Source of the DNA: Phormidesmis sp.
Lineage (GTDB): Bacteria > Cyanobacteriota > Cyanobacteriia > Leptolyngbyales > Leptolyngbyaceae
Assembly (NCBI GenBank): GCA_965248535.1
Contig: CBDFJR010000002.1
Coordinates: forward strand, 1,120,001-1,184,000
Length of the DNA: 64,000 bases
Direction of reading: 5' to 3'
Shown one piece after another: positions 58,490-64,000 of this stretch. The position numbers and the translations under genes were made by a program. Each line of letters starts with the position of its first letter. Within the stretch, counting starts at the first letter, position 1. Under the pieces are notes generated by a model, which saw only the letters and a program-made list of their open reading frames with translations, was not told the DNA's origin and did not search any database.

Positions 58490-61060
58490 TCAAGCCTTGG
58501 CTTCCAGACTTTCTAGGCGGCTTTTGAGCGTCTGATTATCTTTTTTAAGCTGATCGACTTCTTCACGCAGTTGCTTGACGGACTGATCAGATCCCGCTCT
58601 CTTCTGCACGGTTTGCACCGATTCTTCGGCAATGCGACGCACTCGACCATCGGGAGTTTGGTCAGCCAACGATTGCAGAATGCCGATCGCTTTGGTCGTC
58701 TCCATTTGTCCTAAGGCGACGGCCACTGAGACCTGAGTTAAAAAGAATGTCTCTCTTGACAATTCTTGCAGTCGCTCTAAGATCTTCTCTAAATTGACGT
58801 TGGTCTGCCCGCTAGAGATGGCTCCGAGAGCACGAATGGCCGCCAGACGCAGTGGTTGCGGAACGCCGATCGGGGTATAGTCCAAAATCACATCTAAAGC
58901 GGCCTCGGAGGTTTTGAGATGGCTGAGGGCCCCGATCGCGCCCGATCGCACCACTTCGTTCCAGCCCTGCCGCTCTTTGAGTACGCTTTTCAGCAGCTTC
59001 AGCACTTTTTCGGTTTTAGGGGCATCGCTTAACCCGGATGCCGCGACTTTACCCAGGCTCCGCAGGGCAGACGCTTCGACATAATAGCTAGCATCGCCTT
59101 TTTCCACCACAGACTTGAGCGCTTTATAGCTTTCGGGGGTTTTGACCTGCGAGAGAGCTTCGACTGTGGCGCGCCGAACTCGCGCTTCGGGATCTTTGAG
59201 ACCCAACAGCACGCCTGCGATCGCTTGATCGAGCTTGACGGTGACTAAATTTCGGCTGATCTCGGCCCTGACTGCCCAAAAACTATCGGTTTGCAGCGCT
59301 GCCGACAGGATCTTGACGGCTTCTAATCCGCCTTTTTTGGTGATCGCTTCCACGGCATAGAGGCGAGAAATCGGGTCTGGATCGTGCAGAAGTTGGGCTT
59401 TGAGTTCGGGCATTGCGTAGTCAAGCACCACGGTTTTGAGGTGATGATTGCCGACATCAAAGCTGACAAACTCCGGTTTTTGGTCAAGCGGAAAGTAGAA
59501 ACTTTGCTCACGATCGTGGACGCGCACCGTGAAAATCTTGGCGGCAGTTTCAGCAAAGCCAAACCCGATCGGGATCTTCAGATCAAATAAATCTTTCAGA
59601 TTGGTCTCGCTGACTTGGGTTTGAGTGACGGTGACCTTAGCGAGATTGCTGTCTGCATCCCACCCATAAGCCACTTTATAGTCGGGGTGTCCGCCGCGAT
59701 AAACATACTGATCAAACAAGAACATGAGATTGCGTCCGGTGGCTTTCTCGATCGCTCTCAGCAAATCCACCGTTTCGACCGTTTTGTGAGCATTGTCTGT
59801 GAGAAAGGTGGCGATCGATTTCCAAAACAACTCGTCGCCCAACTCCGCCCGAATCATGTGATAGACACAGGCTCCCTTCTCATAGATGTGACGATCGTAA
59901 AGCTCGATCGCTTCTCGATAAACGTGGGTCACCAGCGGGCGACGATAGCGAGACGCATCTTCATCTAAATAGCTGCGGGCTTCACCGAGGAGATAATAGG
60001 CGGCATCATCAGAGCCATATTCTTGCTCAAACCACAGCACTTCAGCATAGGAGGCCATGCCCTCTTTGATCCACGCGTGAGACCAGTGCTTGATCACGAC
60101 TAAATCGCCAAACCATTGATGAGCCAACTCGTGAGCCACTAAAGACTCAGTGCTGCGGTTGTCGATCGCCGCTCGTTCATCCAGCAAACAGCGATCGGTC
60201 AACAGCGTCGTTGAGGTGTTCTCCATGCCGCCAAAGATGAAGTCATCGACGCAGACTTGAGCATATTTGGGATAGGGATAGGGATAGCCATATTTTTGAC
60301 TAAAAAACTCAATCATCTGGGGCGTTTTGCCCATGCTGAGGCGGGCTTGCGCCTCTCGTCCCTTCTCAACGTAGTAGGTGACGGGCTTGCCCTGCCACTC
60401 GTCTTTTAGCTCGGCAAAATCACCCACCGCCAAGGTCATCAGATAGCTGGGGTGAACCTGCTTTTGCAGCCAGTGATAAATCTTACGATCGCCCTTCGTT
60501 TCGGTAGAAATCAACTCGCCGTTTGAAACCGCCATCAGTGACTTAGGCACGCTGACCCGAATCTCAGAGGTGGCCAACTGCCCCGGATAGTCGAAACAGG
60601 GAAACCAAAAGCGAGAGTCTTCATCTTCGCCTTGAGTCCAGACTTGGGTGGGCTTGTCGGGGTAGTGCTGGTCAGGCGCAACGAAATAGATCCCACGCTG
60701 GGGCTTTTCGACTTGGTAAGCGATCGCCAGTTCGATCACGTCTCCGATTTTAGTCGGCTGCTGGAGACGGATGTGAAGCTGCTCGCCATCATAGTCAAAC
60801 GCCTGGTCAACCTCGTCAACTTTAACCGATTGAATGTCGAGATTAACCGCGTCTAGGGTTAAGCGATCGAGGTCATTGCGAACTGGGTTAAGCCTCGTCA
60901 GACAAGTGCCGCTATAGCGTTGATTGGGGATATCCAGACTCAGATCGAGAAAAATATGCTCAACTTGACCCGGACGATCGGGCACATAGTGAGGCCGCGC
61001 CCCCGGCAGTTCAAAAGACTTGTGACCGTTGTTGTCAGGATCAAGATGAGAATGCAGCAT
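58490..61060 (-). CDS. pepN: M1 aminopeptidase with HEAT repeats
   Basis: GGMEN, HELAHQWFG...WIKEG. Confidence 0.88.
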   Translation of the reverse strand: MLHSHLDPDNNGHKSFELPGARPHYVPDRPGQVEHIFLDLSLDIPNQRYSGTCLTRLNPVRNDLDRLTLDAVNLDIQSVKVDEVDQAFDYDGEQLHIRLQQPTKIGDVIELAIAYQVEKPQRGIYFVAPDQHYPDKPTQVWTQGEDEDSRFWFPCFDYPGQLATSEIRVSVPKSLMAVSNGELISTETKGDRKIYHWLQKQVHPSYLMTLAVGDFAELKDEWQGKPVTYYVEKGREAQARLSMGKTPQMIEFFSQKYGYPYPYPKYAQVCVDDFIFGGMENTSTTLLTDRCLLDERAAIDNRSTESLVAHELAHQWFGDLVVIKHWSHAWIKEGMASYAEVLWFEQEYGSDDAAYYLLGEARSYLDEDASRYRRPLVTHVYREAIELYDRHIYEKGACVYHMIRAELGDELFWKSIATFLTDNAHKTVETVDLLRAIEKATGRNLMFLFDQYVYRGGHPDYKVAYGWDADSNLAKVTVTQTQVSETNLKDLFDLKIPIGFGFAETAAKIFTVRVHDREQSFYFPLDQKPEFVSFDVGNHHLKTVVLDYAMPELKAQLLHDPDPISRLYAVEAITKKGGLEAVKILSAALQTDSFWAVRAEISRNLVTVKLDQAIAGVLLGLKDPEARVRRATVEALSQVKTPESYKALKSVVEKGDASYYVEASALRSLGKVAASGLSDAPKTEKVLKLLKSVLKERQGWNEVVRSGAIGALSHLKTSEAALDVILDYTPIGVPQPLRLAAIRALGAISSGQTNVNLEKILERLQELSRETFFLTQVSVAVALGQMETTKAIGILQSLADQTPDGRVRRIAEESVQTVQKRAGSDQSVKQLREEVDQLKKDNQTLKSRLESLEAKA

Positions 61061-61199
61061 GGTGAATGAGTCGCTCTGTCAAAGCGCATGGGGAGCAGAA
61101 ATAGAAAAGATTAACGAGGGCTTTTGCAAACTCGTTATGACTATGGATAATACCAAAAAGAGAGCCAGACCGCACTATTTATATCCATCACAACATTTT

Positions 61200-62132
61200 C
61201 TAAACCAACCCCAGCAGGCTGGCCATTAGCGCTTTTTGAGCGTGCATCCGGTTTTCGGCCTGATCCCAGATTTTAGATTGAGCACCCTCCATCACGCCAT
61301 CGGTGATTTCTTCGCCCCGATGGGCCGGGAGACAGTGCAGCACGATCGCGTCTTTGGCTGCGTGAGTCATCAACGCCTCATTTACCTGATAGGGCTGAAA
61401 GATCGGAATGCGAGAATCTGCCAGATCTTCTTGCCCCATGCTGGCCCAGACATCGGTGTAAAGCACCTGAGCACCTTGGGCAGCGGCGATCGGGTCACTC
61501 GTCAACATCACCTCCGACCGTCCGGCGGCGATCGTCTTGGCTTGCTGCACGATCGCTTCATTGGGCTGATAGTCTGAGGGCGAAGCAATGCGAATATTCA
61601 TGCCGACGAGGGCACACCCCAGCAAAAGAGAGTGAGCAATGTTATTGCCGTCTCCTAGATAGGTCAGCGTCAAGCCTGAAAGTTTGCCAAAGGTTTCTTG
61701 AACGGTCTGCAAATCTGCCAAAATTTGACAGGGATGCTCTAAGTCAGTCAGGGCATTGATAATCGGAATTTTGGCATATTCAGCAAAGGTTTCGAGATCT
61801 CGCTGCTCAAAGGTGCGAATGGACAAAATATCGACGTAGCGATCGAGCACTCGCGCCGTGTCAGTAATCGGCTCACCCCGACCCACCTGAGTTGCACTCA
61901 CCGCTAGATCGATCACCTGCCCACCAAGTTGAGCCATCGCCACCGTAAAGCTGACACGAGTGCGGGTGGACGCTTTATAAAACAGCAATCCTAGTACAGG
62001 AATGTGCCCATTTTTAGGAGCCGCCGTCACCTTTCCGGCCTTCATTTGGGCTGCGAGGTCAAGCAGCGCCGTGATTTCCTCTGCGGTGAGGTCTGCCAAA
62101 CTCAATAGATCTCGTCCTTTTAATCCACCCAT
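61200..62132 (-). CDS. argF: ornithine carbamoyltransferase
   Basis: STRTRVSF, HPCQ, WASMGQE, HCLP. Confidence 0.95.
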   Translation of the reverse strand: MGGLKGRDLLSLADLTAEEITALLDLAAQMKAGKVTAAPKNGHIPVLGLLFYKASTRTRVSFTVAMAQLGGQVIDLAVSATQVGRGEPITDTARVLDRYVDILSIRTFEQRDLETFAEYAKIPIINALTDLEHPCQILADLQTVQETFGKLSGLTLTYLGDGNNIAHSLLLGCALVGMNIRIASPSDYQPNEAIVQQAKTIAAGRSEVMLTSDPIAAAQGAQVLYTDVWASMGQEDLADSRIPIFQPYQVNEALMTHAAKDAIVLHCLPAHRGEEITDGVMEGAQSKIWDQAENRMHAQKALMASLLGLV

Positions 62133-62426
62133 GCTGATCCTCGATCGCTGCGCCTAAACAACTGAATGCAAAATTTTCTGTGCTTGAGCAGTTAAGAGGC
62201 TCAATCTGCGATCGCACAGGCAAATATCATAAGACCCTACCAAATTCAAAAGCGTTAGCCTAGTGACCGACCCGTTTAAATTGCGGGTTGCCGTTGTGGA
62301 GATGTTCCCATGTCCGAGCAATCTGGCTGACGATTAGGGATTAAATCACCTCGGTGACTCGCAATCGGTTGAAGCACAGCAACCCCGTGTTCCGATGCAA
62401 ATCACCGATCGTGGACATCTATAGCC

Positions 62427-63638
62427 CTAGCCTGCGTTTTTTAACTCAGCCGTCTTGACCGCAAGCTGTTGAGTTTGCTCGCCGCGTCTCAGTTGCAGCT
62501 TGAGGGTCTGTCCTAAGTGACTGCTCTCCACAACGGCTTGTAGCTGCTCGGCTTTGGTGACCGCTTGCCCATCGATTTGAGTAATCACATCGCCTCGACG
62601 CAGCCCCGCCACTGCCGCAGGCGTGTTGGGCAACACCCGAACCACGATCACTCCATTCACTTCGGGCACCATAAACGCCGAGTTGGGATCGCTGTTATTT
62701 TGCTGGGCAATTTCTGGAGTCAGCGTCGTCATCTGCACCCCCAGATAGGGATGGGGAATCGTTTCACCTCGCGCCAACTGATCTTTAATCGACTTAGCCT
62801 TATTGATCGGAATCGCAAAGCCAATCCCCATTGCATCGGCTCGAATGGCAGTGTTAATGCCAATCACCTCACCCCGATCGTTCAACAACGGCCCGCCAGA
62901 ATTGCCCGGATTAATCGCCGCATCGGTTTGAATAAAGTCGATCCGCTTGTCAGGAATGCCAACTTGGGCGCTCGATCGCTTCAAAGTGCTGACGATGCCC
63001 AGGGTCACCGTGTTGTCTAAACCGAGGGGATTGCCAACGGCGATCGCCCAATCACCCACCTGCACCAAATCTGAGTCAGCAAGCGGCGCGACGGGCAAAT
63101 TAGTGCCATTGATCTTGACCACCGCCAGATCAGTGACCTCATCAAAGCCTCGCACTTTGCCCTCAAAGACGCGCCCATCTTTGAGGGTCACCGTCACTTT
63201 GTCTGCCCCGTTGATGACGTGAGAGTTGGTTAAAATCTCGCCAGTTTTATCAATCAAAAAGCCAGAACCCTGACCCCGCAGCCGCTCTTCTCTGGGGCCT
63301 TGAGGAATGGCCTCATCACCAAAAAAGCGCCGAAAGAGAGGATCTTCATAGATGGGATCAACCGTTGCTCGACGAGTCACCGTCCGTTCGGTGTCAATGC
63401 GAACGACGGCTGTTCCGACCAGCTTGACCGCTTCAGCGACAAAGCTCCCTGACTGAATGGCCTTTTTGGGAGGCAAAACTGCGGCTTCTGGAGCAGGTTG
63501 AGCCGGGGTTACAAGTCCCCAAAGCGAGACAGCCTCAGACGGCAGCGGAAAGGAGAGGGTCAACCCCAAACCCAGCAAAATCGACAGCACGCTTCCTAAG
63601 ACTCGACGAAGAAATTTAGAAGATTGGTGGCATTGCAT
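62427..63638 (-). CDS. HtrA/Deg serine protease with PDZ domain (HhoA-like)
   Basis: [24 protein letters not shown]. Confidence 0.92.
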   Translation of the reverse strand: MQCHQSSKFLRRVLGSVLSILLGLGLTLSFPLPSEAVSLWGLVTPAQPAPEAAVLPPKKAIQSGSFVAEAVKLVGTAVVRIDTERTVTRRATVDPIYEDPLFRRFFGDEAIPQGPREERLRGQGSGFLIDKTGEILTNSHVINGADKVTVTLKDGRVFEGKVRGFDEVTDLAVVKINGTNLPVAPLADSDLVQVGDWAIAVGNPLGLDNTVTLGIVSTLKRSSAQVGIPDKRIDFIQTDAAINPGNSGGPLLNDRGEVIGINTAIRADAMGIGFAIPINKAKSIKDQLARGETIPHPYLGVQMTTLTPEIAQQNNSDPNSAFMVPEVNGVIVVRVLPNTPAAVAGLRRGDVITQIDGQAVTKAEQLQAVVESSHLGQTLKLQLRRGEQTQQLAVKTAELKNAG

Positions 63639-63832
63639 AGCGTCAACTCATAACGTTCAAAAACCCGATCGACCGCACAACCGTCGCGATCGTCCATTCT
63701 GCCTAAGACAGTTAACCCTATTCTGCCAATTACTCGGCAAACCCGTGTGGCTCAAGCGGTAACCTCATAAACCGCGATCTATGGTTTAAGATCGTCAACA
63801 CCCCTAGAAAGCCACTTCAGAGGCGCTATGTC

Positions 63833-64000
63833 ATGACAACCTCCGATCGTCCCCGCAGTCAAGAGCTAGACACCCACGACCCTGATCACTCTCATGCTCA
63901 TGACTCTGCGGCTCATCCGCACGTTCACACCGAGGAGTCACAGCGCAAAGTGATCAATCGCCTCTCTCGGATCGAGGGGCACATTAGAGGCATCAAGACA
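63833..64000 (+). CDS. CsoR/RcnR-family metal sensor (InrS-like), 3' partial
   Basis: His-rich N-terminus, then NRLSRIEGHIRGIK. Confidence 0.8.
   Translation, partial: MTTSDRPRSQELDTHDPDHSHAHDSAAHPHVHTEESQRKVINRLSRIEGHIRGIKT

Noticed and set aside
21252..64000. abundant GCGATCGC repeats and many antisense ORFs as a novel signal
   Set aside because: HIP1 is a well-known cyanobacterial octamer, and the antisense ORFs are shadows of real genes.

Overview
Chromosomal segment of a cyanobacterium: the HIP1 octamer GCGATCGC is pervasive, and SLH/OprB porins, ftn2, sphR/sphS-type and inrS-type genes are present. Most of 21-64 kb is housekeeping. There are two accessory loci. (1) About 1.0-3.3 kb: an eroding tRNA gene array with about 10 recognisable tRNAs plus remnants. 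It is preceded by a leader peptide/terminator, an HNH gene and TGTA(G/A)TA operator-like repeats, and followed by an RNA-ligase stub. (2) About 11.6-21.2 kb: a complete integron with intI, 40-bp tandem repeats, a candidate attI, six attC sites and cassettes rich in toxin-antitoxin pairs. Two attC sites are each interrupted at the same TTGT/T bottom-strand position by apparently identical 700-nt ORF-less group IIC-attC introns. These look like a non-autonomous, attC-targeting mobile ribozyme and are the most notable feature. Frameshifts in leuB, ftn2 and an FAD oxidoreductase are probably sequencing indels, so single-indel pseudogene calls need caution. All calls were made by eye without database searches.
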